Part shown: one piece after another, positions 11,659 through 21,740 of the stretch
Numbering within the stretch: the first letter of the stretch is position 1
How the letters are laid out: every line of letters starts with the position of its first letter
Assembly (NCBI RefSeq): GCF_000354175.2
Contig: NC_022349.1
Location: 1,500,001 to 1,532,000 of the forward strand
Reading direction: 5' to 3'
Source of the DNA: Vibrio alginolyticus NBRC 15630 = ATCC 17749
GTDB lineage: Bacteria > Pseudomonadota > Gammaproteobacteria > Enterobacterales > Vibrionaceae
Length of the DNA: 32,000 nucleotides
Translations under genes and position numbers: made by a program
Notes under the pieces: generated by a model
The model's database searches: none
The model's input: only the letters and a program-made list of their open reading frames with translations
Told to the model about the DNA's origin: nothing

Positions 11659-11684
11659 TTCCAACAGTGATGTGTGTGGGAGTA

Positions 11685-12242
11685 TTAAACTTCCATCAAC
11701 TCTTTTTCTTTTGCAGCAAGAACTTCATCGATCTTCTTAACTGCAACGTCAGTTAGCTTTTGAATTTCGTCTTGTGCTTTACGGTCTTCATCTTCAGAGA
11801 TTTCTTTATCTTTTAGAAGCGCTTTAAGATCGTTGTTTGCGTCACGACGGATGTTACGAACAGCAACACGACCACCTTCAGCTTCACCACGGACGATCTT
11901 AACTAGGTCTTTACGACGTTCTTCCGTTAGCGGTGGAAGTGGAACGCGGATGATAGTGCCAGCTGACATAGGGTTTAGACCAAGGTCAGACGTCATGATC
12001 GCTTTTTCTACTTTCGGCGTCAGCTCTTTATCAAAAACCGTGATTGCAAGTGTACGCGCATCTTCAGCAATAACGTTTGCTACTTGGTTTAGAGGTGTTG
12101 CTGCACCGTAGTATTCTACAGAAATACCAGATAGTAGGCTTGGGTGTGCACGACCTGTACGAATTTTAGAAAGGTTGTTCTTAAGCGCTTCAACGCTTTT
12201 ATCCATGCGCTCTTGCGCGTCTTTTTTGATTTCGTTAATCAC
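11685..12242 (-). CDS. frr: Ribosome recycling factor
   Basis: 185 aa, collinear with E. coli Frr ([21 protein letters not shown]...). Confidence 0.98.
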   Translation of the reverse strand: MINEIKKDAQERMDKSVEALKNNLSKIRTGRAHPSLLSGISVEYYGAATPLNQVANVIAEDARTLAITVFDKELTPKVEKAIMTSDLGLNPMSAGTIIRVPLPPLTEERRKDLVKIVRGEAEGGRVAVRNIRRDANNDLKALLKDKEISEDEDRKAQDEIQKLTDVAVKKIDEVLAAKEKELMEV

Positions 12243-12342
12243 AGTTTCACCTTAAAAATGTCATCTTTCCTGAAGAAAGCCTAAAACGGTTGAGCAAAGC
12301 AAGCACCACCCTAACGCTTTGGAGTGGCACCTTAAGCCAAGC

Positions 12343-13068
12343 TTATTCGTTGATGAGCGTGCCTTCTGCTTCGCCCATAACCACGCGACGTAGTGCGCCT
12401 GGCTTGTTCATATTAAATACGCGGATTGGCATTTTGTGGTCACGAGCTAGCGTAAACGCCGCCAAGTCCATAACTTTCAGCTCTTTATCCAGAACTTCTG
12501 CATAAGATAGCTTATCATACAGCTCTGCGTCTGGGTTTGCTACAGGGTCAGCAGTAAATACACCATCAACTTTCGTCGCTTTTAGTACAACATCCGCTTC
12601 AATTTCGATACCACGTAAACAAGCAGCAGAATCCGTTGTAAAGAACGGGTTACCAGTACCAGCAGAGAAGATGACAACTCGGCCTTGGCGAAGCTCACGG
12701 ATCGCATCAGCCCAATTATAGTCGTCACATACGCCTTTTAGAGGGATTGCAGACATAACGCGCGCATTTACGTATGCACGGTGAAGAGCATCACGCATCG
12801 CTAGGCCATTCATTACTGTAGCAAGCATACCCATGTGGTCACCAACTACGCGGTTCATACCAGCTTCAGCTAGGCCTGCACCACGGAACAAGTTACCGCC
12901 ACCGATAACTACACCAACCTGAACACCCAGTTCAACCAGTTCTTTAACTTCTTGTGCCATACGATCAAGGACCGCAGGATCAATACCAAAACCGTCTTCA
13001 CCTTGAAGAGCTTCACCACTCAGTTTTAATAGAATACGTTGATACGCTGGTTTAGGGTTCGTAGTCAT
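12343..13068 (-). CDS. pyrH: UMP kinase
   Basis: 241 aa with [10 protein letters not shown] and GGGNLFRG motifs. Conserved tsf-pyrH-frr order. Confidence 0.98.
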   Translation of the reverse strand: MTTNPKPAYQRILLKLSGEALQGEDGFGIDPAVLDRMAQEVKELVELGVQVGVVIGGGNLFRGAGLAEAGMNRVVGDHMGMLATVMNGLAMRDALHRAYVNARVMSAIPLKGVCDDYNWADAIRELRQGRVVIFSAGTGNPFFTTDSAACLRGIEIEADVVLKATKVDGVFTADPVANPDAELYDKLSYAEVLDKELKVMDLAAFTLARDHKMPIRVFNMNKPGALRRVVMGEAEGTLINE

Positions 13069-13163
13069 GGAGTTTACCTTCCAAAGAGAGTTGTTGATTA
13101 ACAGTCATGAATAGACACAACTTCAGTTATGGCTATTCATCACGGCTAATCGTTCACTGCTCA

Positions 13164-13191
13164 TAAAAAGACCGCAGCCTTGGCTACGGTC
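13164..13191 (-). terminator. Rho-independent terminator downstream of tsf
   Basis: The minus strand reads GACCGTAGCC..GGCTGCGGTC followed by TTTTTAT. Confidence 0.7.
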
Positions 13192-13215
13192 TAATCTTTA
13201 TACAGTCTCTAAGGA

Positions 13216-14061
13216 TTAACCTTTTTGAGCTGCTGCAACTTCTTCAGCGAAGCTCATTTCTTCTTTCTTCTCGATACCTTCACCTACTTCTAGGCGAACG
13301 AACGTAGAAACTGAAGCGCCTTTTTCTTTCAGCATTTCGCCTACAGTTTTCTTAGGCTCCATGATGAAAGCTTGACCTGTTAGAGAGATCTCGCCAGTGA
13401 ATTTCTTCATGCGGCCAACAACCATCTTCTCAGCGATTTCAGCAGGCTTGCCTTCGTTCATTGCGATTTCAACTTGAACCGCTTTCTCTTTTTCTACTAC
13501 GTCAGCTGGTACGTCTTCTGGGTTAACGAACTCTGGCTTAGAAGCAGCAACGTGCATTGCAACGTGCTTAAGAGTTTCTGCGTCGCCTTCACCAGCAACA
13601 ACAACACCGATTTTCTCACCGTGACGGTAAGAAGCGATTGCAGTGCCTTGAACGTATTCTACGCGACGGATAGTGATGTTTTCACCGATTTTAGCTACTA
13701 GAGCTACACGTGCGTCTTCGAATTGTGCTTGTAGTTCTTCAACAGAAGCTTTTGAAGCTAGAGCTGCAGCTGCAACTTCTTCTGCGAATGCAGTGAAGTT
13801 ACCGTCTTTAGCAACGAAGTCAGTTTGGCAGTTAACTTCAAGAAGAACAGCAACGCCGTTTTCTTCTTTGATGATGATTGCGCCTTCAGCTGCAACGTTA
13901 CCAGCTTTCTTAGCTGCTTTCGCTGCGCCAGATTTACGCATGTTTTCAATTGCTAGTTCGATGTCAGCGTTTGCTTCTACAAGCGCTTTCTTACATTCCA
14001 TCATGCCAGCGCCAGTACGCTCGCGAAGTTCTTTAACTAGAGCAGCAGTTACAGTTGCCAT
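13216..14061 (-). CDS. tsf: Elongation factor Ts
   Basis: ORF-track start 14112 trimmed to the ATG at 14059-14061 ([27 protein letters not shown]). This gives 281 aa (E. coli 283) and has a GAGGAAG Shine-Dalgarno sequence upstream. Confidence 0.97.
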   Translation of the reverse strand: MATVTAALVKELRERTGAGMMECKKALVEANADIELAIENMRKSGAAKAAKKAGNVAAEGAIIIKEENGVAVLLEVNCQTDFVAKDGNFTAFAEEVAAAALASKASVEELQAQFEDARVALVAKIGENITIRRVEYVQGTAIASYRHGEKIGVVVAGEGDAETLKHVAMHVAASKPEFVNPEDVPADVVEKEKAVQVEIAMNEGKPAEIAEKMVVGRMKKFTGEISLTGQAFIMEPKKTVGEMLKEKGASVSTFVRLEVGEGIEKKEEMSFAEEVAAAQKG

Positions 14062-14092
14062 TCTGTCTTCCTCGTTTGATTCGAAATAAGGT

Positions 14093-14122
14093 AAAAAACA
14101 GGGGCCTAACATTGTCGGCCCC
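14093..14122 (-). terminator. rpsB-tsf intergenic hairpin plus T-tract (attenuator-type partial terminator)
   Basis: The minus strand reads GGGGCC-gacaatgtta-GGCCCC followed by TGTTTTTTAC. It lies between the rpsB stop (14194) and the tsf start (14061). Confidence 0.55.
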
Positions 14123-14193
14123 CATTGCTAACTATAACTTAGTTTATGCTACACAAAGGTTTCACATAGACCAAGTGTGACACAGAGCCGCTA

Positions 14194-14922
14194 TTATTCA
14201 GCTTCTACGAAACCGTCTTTTTCAGCAACTGCAGCTACGTCTTTGTTACGACCTTCAGATACTGCTGAAGCAGCAGCGTTCAGGTATAGCTGTACAGCGC
14301 GGATCGCGTCGTCGTTACCTGGGATTACGTAGTCAACGCCGTCTGGGTTAGAGTTAGTATCTACCACAGCGTATACTGGAATACCTAGGTTGTTAGCTTC
14401 TTTAATTGCAATGTGTTCGTGATCAGCGTCGATTACGAATAGAGCGTCTGGTAGGCCGCCCATGTCTTTGATACCACCAAGAGATTTCTCTAGCTTCTCC
14501 ATTTCGCGAGTACGCATTAGAGCTTCTTTCTTAGTTAGTTTGTCAAAAGTACCGTCTTGAGATTGAGTCTCTAGTTCTTTTAGACGCTTGATAGACTGAC
14601 GAACTGTTTTGTAGTTTGTAAGCATACCGCCTAACCAGCGGTTGTTCACGTAAAACTGGTTGCTTGCGATTGCAGCTTCTTTAACAGCTTCAGATGCAGC
14701 GCGCTTAGTACCTACGAATAGAACCTTACCTTTCTTCTCGCCAACTTTAGCTAGTTCAGCTAGAGCATCGTTGAACATTGGTACAGTTTTTTCTAGGTTG
14801 ATGATATGAACTTTGTTACGAGCGCCAAAGATGAATGGCTTCATTTTTGGGTTCCAGTAACGAGTCTGGTGACCGAAGTGAACACCAGCTTTTAGCATAT
14901 CGCGCATTGATACAGTTGCCAT
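14194..14922 (-). CDS. rpsB: 30S ribosomal protein S2
   Basis: ORF-track start 14955 trimmed to the ATG at 14920-14922 ([27 protein letters not shown]). This gives 242 aa (E. coli 241). Confidence 0.98.
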   Translation of the reverse strand: MATVSMRDMLKAGVHFGHQTRYWNPKMKPFIFGARNKVHIINLEKTVPMFNDALAELAKVGEKKGKVLFVGTKRAASEAVKEAAIASNQFYVNNRWLGGMLTNYKTVRQSIKRLKELETQSQDGTFDKLTKKEALMRTREMEKLEKSLGGIKDMGGLPDALFVIDADHEHIAIKEANNLGIPVYAVVDTNSNPDGVDYVIPGNDDAIRAVQLYLNAAASAVSEGRNKDVAAVAEKDGFVEAE

Positions 14923-15112
14923 TTTAAAATCCTCTATGGGGTTAGGCCTCCACATTCCCCATAACTCCGACCAAGCTTCTGCTCAGCACCCCGGAATATG
15001 TGACGGAATGTGTGTGATTTAAAGATAAAAGGTTATTCGGATGAAGCTTGCTTCGCCGCTTAACTTTGCTAAACGAAGAGAACAGTCCTCTATTCCGGCG
15101 CGCTTTATACCA
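14923..15112 (-). promoter_or_regulatory. rpsB promoter (extended -10 TGGTATAAA) plus a ~170-nt structured leader (candidate S2 autoregulatory leader)
   Basis: Plus-strand tttatacca at 15104-15112 reads TGGTATAAA on the minus strand. The long untranslated leader is comparable in length to the E. coli rpsB 5'UTR, which is known to mediate S2 feedback. Confidence 0.45.
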
Positions 15113-15229
15113 TATTTTAGCTCACTGTGGCTAGTAAAAATTATTTCTTCACCGAGCCACTTTCTCCTATTTATAAGCAAAACTTTAAACATATGATCGA
15201 ATTAAGAATGATGCATATTCCTATCTAAC

Positions 15230-15259
15230 TTGGGTTAACGCCCCGATGTCTGATAGAAT
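15230..15259 (+). promoter_or_regulatory. Candidate map promoter
   Basis: -35 TTGGGT (15230-15235), an 18-nt spacer and -10 TAGAAT (15254-15259), with TG two nt upstream of the -10. Confidence 0.4.
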
Positions 15260-15306
15260 GCGGCCATTCGCACGTTTACGTGCTTAGGAATAAGTAGAGA
15301 AAGCCA

Positions 15307-16185
15307 ATGTCAATCAAGATTAAAACTGCTGAAGAAATAGAACGCATGCGCATTGCGGGCAAGCTAGCCGCAGAGATTCTAGAAATGATCGAACCACACA
15401 TCAAAGTTGGTGTGACGACAGAAGAGTTAAACAAAATCTGTCATGAGTACGCTCTAGAAAAAGGCGCATACTCTGCTCCGCTTGATTACCATGGTTTCCC
15501 TAAGTCGATCTGTACTTCAATCAACCATATCGTATGCCACGGTATTCCAGCGGAAAAAGACGAAATCGGTAGCAACGGCCAAATGAAGCCGGCGGTACTA
15601 AAAGATGGTGACATCTTAAACGTTGATATTACCGTAATCGTTCCAAATGATGAGAATGCCGATCTGAGCGTGCGTCCTCAGGGTTACCATGGTGACACTT
15701 CTAAGATGTTCCTAGTCGGTGATGTTTCGCCTGCAAACAAACGTCTGTGCATGGTAGCTCAAGAAGCACTGTACGTTGGTATGCGTACCGTTAAGCCAGG
15801 TTCAACGGTTGGTGACATCGGTACAGCTATCGAGAAGTACATCAAAGAGAATAACAAGAACAATCCTCGCAACAAGTTTTCTATTGTGAAAGACTTCTGT
15901 GGCCACGGTATCGGCGATGAGTTCCATGAAGAACCACAAGTGGTTCATTACAAGAACAAAGACCGCCGCGTATTAAAAGAAGGCATGTGCTTTACTATTG
16001 AGCCGATGATTAACGCAGGTAAATTTGGTTGCTCTGTTGATGCACAAGATGACTGGACTGTTTACACGGGCGACGGCAAGAACTCTGCGCAATGGGAACA
16101 TACCATTGTTGTAACAAAAGAAGGTTGTGAAGTACTGACGCTTCGTAGCGACGATACGATTCCTCGCCTAATGAAAAACGCGTAA
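15307..16185 (+). CDS. map: Type I methionine aminopeptidase
   Basis: 292 aa, collinear with E. coli Map (MSIKIKTAEEIERMRIAGKLAAEILEMIEP...; metal-ligand context FCGHGIG, FTIEP, EHT). Carries three short insertions relative to E. coli. Confidence 0.97.
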   Translation: MSIKIKTAEEIERMRIAGKLAAEILEMIEPHIKVGVTTEELNKICHEYALEKGAYSAPLDYHGFPKSICTSINHIVCHGIPAEKDEIGSNGQMKPAVLKDGDILNVDITVIVPNDENADLSVRPQGYHGDTSKMFLVGDVSPANKRLCMVAQEALYVGMRTVKPGSTVGDIGTAIEKYIKENNKNNPRNKFSIVKDFCGHGIGDEFHEEPQVVHYKNKDRRVLKEGMCFTIEPMINAGKFGCSVDAQDDWTVYTGDGKNSAQWEHTIVVTKEGCEVLTLRSDDTIPRLMKNA

Positions 16186-16210
16186 AGCTGACGACCACTC
16201 GTTGTTTACT

Positions 16211-16240
16211 ATATCCCTGCTTCGGCGGGGATATTTTTTA
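16211..16240 (+). terminator. Rho-independent terminator downstream of map
   Basis: ATATCCCTGC-TTCG-GCGGGGATAT, a 10-bp stem with a TTCG tetraloop, followed by TTTTTTA. Confidence 0.85.
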
Positions 16241-16284
16241 TCTGCCGCAAATTTGTTAGATTGTTATTAGATTAGCTTGCACGG

Positions 16285-18918
16285 ATGGCAAATATGACAC
16301 TTCAGTCCCCTCTTACCTTTTCCGATGAACAAATCAATATCGGTGAACTCAAACAAGAATTAGAGAAGTTTAGCTCTAATCAAAACCAAGAGTTTCTCAA
16401 TCATCATCCGGTAACAAGCTTGGTTTTAGCCAGAGCTGAATATATGGATCTGCTTCTCAATCGTTTGTGGCAACATTTTGGTTTCAAGGATATTTACAAC
16501 ATTTCCCTAGTTGCCGTTGGTGGCTACGGACGAGGCGAGCTGCATCCGCTCTCCGATATCGATATTTTGATTCTGTCGAACAATAAACTGCCAACCGCGT
16601 TAGAAGCAAAAATCAGCGAATTCATTACGCTGTTGTGGGATTTAAAACTCGAGGTCGGACACGCTGTTCGCACCGTTACTGAATGTGCTGAAATTGGTAA
16701 AGCCGATCTAACGGTCGCGACAAACCTGCAAGAAGCGCGACTGCTGTGTGGAAGCGAGGACACCTTTCAGGCACTGAAGAAAGTCGTGTTATCAGACTCC
16801 TTCTGGCCAAGTGAGACGTTTTACCGCGCTAAAATTCAAGAGCAGCGCGAACGCCATGCACGTTACCACGACACGACCTACAACTTAGAACCGGACATTA
16901 AATCAACCCCTGGCGGGCTGCGCGATATTCATACATTAAGCTGGGTCGCTCGACGTCACTTTGGTGCTACTTCATTGTTGGAAATGAGCCGATACGGATT
17001 TTTAACTGACGCAGAATACCGAGAATTGGTTGAATGTCAGGACTTCCTTTGGCGAGTACGTTTCGCTCTGCACATGGAGCTTCGCCGCTATGACAACCGC
17101 TTGACCTTTGCTCATCAAGCACAAGTTGCGGAAAATCTAGGCTACGTCGGAGAAGGCAACCGAGGCGTAGAAATGATGATGAAAGAGTTCTACCGCACGC
17201 TTCGTCGTGTGGCAGAGCTCAATAAAATGCTACTCAAACTCTTTGACCAAGCGATCATTAATGGTGGGGCGACAGAAAGTGCCGAGATTATCGATACGGA
17301 CTTTCAACGTCGCGGTTCTTTAATTGAAGCGCGGAAACCCGCATTGTTCCAAGCTCGCCCAGAAACTATTCTGGATATGTTCTTACATATTGCTAACGAC
17401 TCAACTATTGAAGGGGTGAGCCCACCAACGCTGCGTCAACTGCGCACCGCTCGGCGTCGGCTCAACAAGTTTTTGCACACCATTCCTGCTGCGCGTGAAA
17501 AGTTCATGGCGTTATGTCGTCACCCTAATGCTCTTCACAAAGCATTCAGCCTCATGCACCGATTAGGGGTTATGGCGGCCTATTTACCGCAATGGAGTCA
17601 GATTGTTGGTCAAATGCAGTTTGACTTATTCCATGCCTACACCGTTGATGAACACAGTATTCGCTTACTTAAACACATCAATACTTTTAGTGACCCAGAA
17701 AATCATGCGAAGCACCCTATTTGCTGTGACGTCTACCCTCGGATGCAAAAGAAAGAGCTGCTGATTATTGCCGCTATTTTCCACGATATCGGGAAAGGTC
17801 GTGGCGGCGATCACTCGATTATCGGTGAAGGAGAAGCGTACGACTTCTGCATTGAGCATGGTTTATCGAAGCCCGAAGCGAAACTTGTCGCTTGGTTGGT
17901 AAGACATCATCTATTAATGTCTGTCACCGCACAGCGCCGAGATATTTATGATCCTGATGTCATTACCGAGTTTGCCAAAAAAGTCAGAGACGAAGAATCT
18001 CTCGATTATCTTGTATGCCTGACAGTTGCAGATATTTGTGCAACCAACCCAGAACTTTGGAATGCTTGGAAACGAACTTTACTTGCGGAGCTGTATTACT
18101 CCACACAACGTGCTTTACGTAGAGGCCTAGAGAACCCTGTCGATGTGCGTGAGCGAATTCGCCACAATCAACAAATGGCCTCCGCAATGCTGCGCAAAGA
18201 GGGGTTTGCCGCGCGCGAAATTGAAGTATTGTGGCAACGCTTCAAAGCTGACTACTTCCTTCGTCATACCCATACGCAAATCGCGTGGCACTGCGAACAC
18301 TTACTTCGCATGGAAGATCCGACTAAGCCTTTGGTGTTGATCAGTAAAAAAGCCACTCGTGGCGGCACTGAGGTGTTTGTATATACGAAAGACCAGCCTG
18401 CTTTATTTGCGACAGTCGTGGCGGAGTTAGATAGGCGTAATTTTAATGTACACGACGCGCAAATCATGACCAGCAAAGATGGGCACGTGATTGATACCTT
18501 TATGGTACTCGATCAACATGGCGAAGCGATCGATGAGTCTCGTCACGCCGCGGTGATTAAACACCTCACTCATGTACTGGAGGCAGGCCGACCAACCAAG
18601 ATTAAAACGCGCCGTACTCCGAACAAACTTCAGCACTTTAACGTGAAAACCAAAGTCGACTTCTTACCAACCAAAGGTAAAAAACACACTTTAATGGAGT
18701 TTGTCGCGCTAGACACACCAGGGCTGTTGGCCAAAGTAGGCCGTACGTTTGCTGATTTAAATATCAACCTTCATGGTGCAAAAATCACCACCATTGGTGA
18801 GCGAGCAGAAGACTTGTTTATTTTAACCAGTGATGCAGGGGGAAGATTAAGTGAAGAACAACAGGATGAGCTAAGAGAGAGATTGATCGAAAAGTTATCT
18901 GATGAGGTCGCAGCTTAG
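16285..18918 (+). CDS. glnD: Bifunctional PII uridylyltransferase/uridylyl-removing enzyme
   Basis: 877 aa with a nucleotidyltransferase motif (GGYGRGELHPLSDIDIL), an HD domain (FHDIGKG) and two C-terminal ACT-like regions. map-glnD synteny. The start could instead be the ATG at 16294. Confidence 0.96.
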   Translation: MANMTLQSPLTFSDEQINIGELKQELEKFSSNQNQEFLNHHPVTSLVLARAEYMDLLLNRLWQHFGFKDIYNISLVAVGGYGRGELHPLSDIDILILSNNKLPTALEAKISEFITLLWDLKLEVGHAVRTVTECAEIGKADLTVATNLQEARLLCGSEDTFQALKKVVLSDSFWPSETFYRAKIQEQRERHARYHDTTYNLEPDIKSTPGGLRDIHTLSWVARRHFGATSLLEMSRYGFLTDAEYRELVECQDFLWRVRFALHMELRRYDNRLTFAHQAQVAENLGYVGEGNRGVEMMMKEFYRTLRRVAELNKMLLKLFDQAIINGGATESAEIIDTDFQRRGSLIEARKPALFQARPETILDMFLHIANDSTIEGVSPPTLRQLRTARRRLNKFLHTIPAAREKFMALCRHPNALHKAFSLMHRLGVMAAYLPQWSQIVGQMQFDLFHAYTVDEHSIRLLKHINTFSDPENHAKHPICCDVYPRMQKKELLIIAAIFHDIGKGRGGDHSIIGEGEAYDFCIEHGLSKPEAKLVAWLVRHHLLMSVTAQRRDIYDPDVITEFAKKVRDEESLDYLVCLTVADICATNPELWNAWKRTLLAELYYSTQRALRRGLENPVDVRERIRHNQQMASAMLRKEGFAAREIEVLWQRFKADYFLRHTHTQIAWHCEHLLRMEDPTKPLVLISKKATRGGTEVFVYTKDQPALFATVVAELDRRNFNVHDAQIMTSKDGHVIDTFMVLDQHGEAIDESRHAAVIKHLTHVLEAGRPTKIKTRRTPNKLQHFNVKTKVDFLPTKGKKHTLMEFVALDTPGLLAKVGRTFADLNINLHGAKITTIGERAEDLFILTSDAGGRLSEEQQDELRERLIEKLSDEVAA

Positions 18919-19060
18919 ATCAAACCTGCCAATCTTTTCGGTTCAGGGCGAGAGCGATCTTGCCCACAAGTTAAGCATTTTGGCTAAATATCAGCTATCT
19001 AGCTCATACATAGGCTGCTACAGTTATATCAATATCAATTCGATGTAATAGAGGTAGCCT

Positions 19061-19444
19061 ATGTATCCCCACCTCACTGGTTTGGGTATTCACGACCCTA
19101 AGCAGATTGAACGTTATTCCCTACGCCAAGAAGCACACAAAGACGTACTCAAGATCTATTTCCACAAGCAAAAAGGCGAACTGTTCGCTAAAAGCGTTAA
19201 ATTCAAATACCCGCGCCAAATCAAAAATGTTCTTGTGGACAGTGGCAGTCACAAATATAAAGAAGTAACGGAAATCAACCGTAACCTCACATTAGTCATT
19301 GATGAACTGAATAAAATCACTAAGCCAACGAAACAACCTGAGGTTGATGTAAAAGAGAAAATTCTTTCAGACCTTCGTCATTTAGAAAAAGTCGTTTCGA
19401 GCAAGATCGCAGAGATCGAAGCGGATCTTGAAAAACTAAAGTAA
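19061..19444 (+). CDS. Conserved hypothetical protein (I recall it as DUF3461-like)
   Basis: 127-aa ORF with a GAGG Shine-Dalgarno sequence upstream and a strong terminator downstream. The family assignment is from memory only. Confidence 0.75.
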   Translation: MYPHLTGLGIHDPKQIERYSLRQEAHKDVLKIYFHKQKGELFAKSVKFKYPRQIKNVLVDSGSHKYKEVTEINRNLTLVIDELNKITKPTKQPEVDVKEKILSDLRHLEKVVSSKIAEIEADLEKLK

Positions 19445-19464
19445 AACGTTAAGTCTTAAATATT

Positions 19465-19496
19465 AAAAAGGGTTAGCATTGATGCTAACCCTTTTT
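19465..19496. terminator. Bidirectional rho-independent terminator (DUF3461-like gene / truC)
   Basis: AAAAA-GGGTTAGCA-ttga-TGCTAACCC-TTTTT. The 9-bp stem is perfect, with A and T tracts on both sides, and sits between convergent genes. Confidence 0.85.
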
Positions 19497-19511
19497 ATTT
19501 GTACTCAATCA

Positions 19512-20294
19512 TTATCTAGATCTAACTGCGCCGATTATCGGTTCATCCCACTCAAATCGAGTAAACAATTGCTGCCAAGTTTCATCAAGATTGGCCGTCA
19601 TGACAATCTCTTGATCGGTAAATGGATGGACAAACCGTAACTCTGAAGCATGCAGTAGCAAACGATGAGAATCAAACTCTGTGCGATACAGCTTGTTGTG
19701 CTTTCCATCCCCGTGCGTTGTATCACCCACGATCGGATGGCGTAGATGTGCCATATGACGACGAAGTTGGTGCTTACGCCCCGTTTTAGGTTTCATCTCA
19801 ACTAAGCAATAACGCGTTGTAGGAAATTTACCCGTCGAATAGGGAACCTCCACTTTAGCCAACGGCTTATATTCCGTCACCGCTTCTTGCGCTTCTTTTT
19901 CTTGTGAAGCGAACTTATCAGCAATCTTGTCTAACTCCACTTTGAGTGCGTAATCCAAGACGCCCTCTTCCTCAATCCAACCGCGTACTATCGCGTGGTA
20001 TGTCTTTTCCATTTTATGTTCAGCAAACATCGGCATGACTTGTGATGCGACTTCACTCGACAAAGCAAACACGAGCACACCAGATGTTGGACGATCCAGA
20101 CGATGCAATGGGAACACATGCTGACCAATTTGGTCGCGCAAAGTTTGCATGACAAATTGAGTTTCGTGTTTATCTAACCAACTGCGATGCACTAACATGC
20201 CGGCAGGCTTGTTGACCGCTACAAAATATTCATCCTGATAAACGATCTCCAACTCAACTGGTTCTGAAGATCGCGCTATTTCTTGTTCTAGCAT
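19512..20294 (-). CDS. truC: tRNA pseudouridine(65) synthase TruC
   Basis: Trimmed from 20336 to the ATG at 20292-20294 (MLEQEI...), giving 260 aa as in E. coli TruC. Near-identical blocks are HRLDRPTSGVLVFALS, KTYHAIVRGW and KTGRKHQLRRHMAHLRHPIVGD. Confidence 0.93.
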   Translation of the reverse strand: MLEQEIARSSEPVELEIVYQDEYFVAVNKPAGMLVHRSWLDKHETQFVMQTLRDQIGQHVFPLHRLDRPTSGVLVFALSSEVASQVMPMFAEHKMEKTYHAIVRGWIEEEGVLDYALKVELDKIADKFASQEKEAQEAVTEYKPLAKVEVPYSTGKFPTTRYCLVEMKPKTGRKHQLRRHMAHLRHPIVGDTTHGDGKHNKLYRTEFDSHRLLLHASELRFVHPFTDQEIVMTANLDETWQQLFTRFEWDEPIIGAVRSR

Positions 20295-20298
20295 GCGT

Positions 20299-20613
20299 TT
20301 ACTTACACAGTTCGTCAATGGTTCGGATTGTAACAAGCAGCTCTGCGAACTGCGGTTCCTGCTTCCACGCTTCTGAAAAATAGGGCTCGAGAGAAAACCC
20401 TCTTGGCAATGGTTGGTTGTTTTCCACTAGCACGTGCATTCTGTCTATAAAGATCCACTGCAACCACTCATGAGGATGCAATGTATCAATCGCAAATGGC
20501 TCCACGCTTTGTAAGGCTTGCTCTGAAGGCCTAGTGTGTTGCCACAACTTATGTTCTTTAAGCTGCGTTTCAAGTTGGTGAAGTAAGTCGACCAATTGAG
20601 TATTTGTTACCAT
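20299..20613 (-). CDS. yqcC: YqcC family protein (DUF446)
   Basis: Trimmed from 20700 to the ATG at 20611-20613 (MVTNTQLVDLLHQLETQL...), giving 104 aa versus 109 in E. coli YqcC. Shared blocks are EWLQW, DRMH and QPLP. Lies upstream of truC as in E. coli. Confidence 0.85.
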   Translation of the reverse strand: MVTNTQLVDLLHQLETQLKEHKLWQHTRPSEQALQSVEPFAIDTLHPHEWLQWIFIDRMHVLVENNQPLPRGFSLEPYFSEAWKQEPQFAELLVTIRTIDELCK

Positions 20614-20689
20614 TAATTCTATCTCGAACCTTGAATTAGCCGAGAATGATACCATTTCTTGTGAAAAGAACGTTAGGACGTCGTATTTA

Positions 20690-21727
20690 ATGGAAAACAT
20701 TCAAACCCTCACTCAACTGTTGAACAACAGCCACTGTGATTATCAAATCTTCGATCTTGGTCGCCGTATCAAAACCATCGCTAAGAAAGAGTTTACCGAT
20801 GTAGAAAAAGGTCAAGCACCTTACCCATTTCCAATGCAGCGTAAAGCACACCTTGCCATCGCTTATTGGAATGAACAAAAGCAACCTTGGATTTGGTTTC
20901 TAAAGTTTGAATTGGACGAGCGCGGTTTGTTAAAGCAAGCGGATATCGGCAATTTCATTAAATACGTAGTGGAAGCCATGGGAACACGCCTCAATGGTGA
21001 TATCTCTGAAGAGCAACAGCAAAAGCTGTCTAATAACCCATATACGTTCAAACCTTCCGAAGACAAAATGGCCGTGTTTCATAGCCAGGTCCGCGCGAAC
21101 CTCGATCTTCCTACCAGCCAATATTATGAGCACACTCAGCATTACTTTTCAGGTGGTTTAGGCTGGGATAATTGGCAAACCGTAGGTCTGCAAGGGATCA
21201 CCGACATGGCCGCTCGTTTGGACAAAGAGCAAAACGGGGTAATGATACGCAAAGCGTTGAACCACCTACCAAATGAGCCACTTTATGCCCTATTAGGTGC
21301 GCTTGAGCATGTAGAGCTTCAAGAGCGTTTAGCAGAACGTATTGCGGAAAAGGCACAGCAAGAAATCGCAAGTAGCGAACCTGATCTCTTCCTACTTTCA
21401 GCACTTATCCGAGCCCTTGCTGGTGCACCAACAGAAGTCGCCTCTCCAGTATTAGATGCGATATTGCATAGCCCTCGTTTAAGCCACCAGGAGGTTTTGA
21501 TTGGTGTGGCGGGTCGCGCTTGGCACTTACTCGCCAATGAAAAGGTAGCAGAACAGTTTTTGCTGCGTTTAGCTCAAACCGGTAATCAAGCCCTATTTAA
21601 TCAGTTATTTGCCGATTTAGTGATGCTGCCAGAGTTAAGAATGGTGTTATTGCCTTTGCTGCATTCAAACCCATCAGAGGAACTAGCAAATGCGCTAGTA
21701 AGCTTACAACAAGCAACAAAAAGCTAA
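20690..21727 (+). CDS. Conserved hypothetical protein (I recall it as DUF3549-like)
   Basis: 345-aa ORF divergent from yqcC, with no enzymatic motif recognisable by eye. Family name from memory. Confidence 0.8.
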   Translation: MENIQTLTQLLNNSHCDYQIFDLGRRIKTIAKKEFTDVEKGQAPYPFPMQRKAHLAIAYWNEQKQPWIWFLKFELDERGLLKQADIGNFIKYVVEAMGTRLNGDISEEQQQKLSNNPYTFKPSEDKMAVFHSQVRANLDLPTSQYYEHTQHYFSGGLGWDNWQTVGLQGITDMAARLDKEQNGVMIRKALNHLPNEPLYALLGALEHVELQERLAERIAEKAQQEIASSEPDLFLLSALIRALAGAPTEVASPVLDAILHSPRLSHQEVLIGVAGRAWHLLANEKVAEQFLLRLAQTGNQALFNQLFADLVMLPELRMVLLPLLHSNPSEELANALVSLQQATKS

Positions 21728-21740
21728 GAAAGGTTCAGGA

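Noticed and set aside
13474-14089. ORFs antisense to or overlapping tsf (13474-13701, 13673-14089, 13758-13949)
   Set aside because: The Ala/Ser-rich antisense translation comes from a highly expressed, codon-biased gene. It has no start context.
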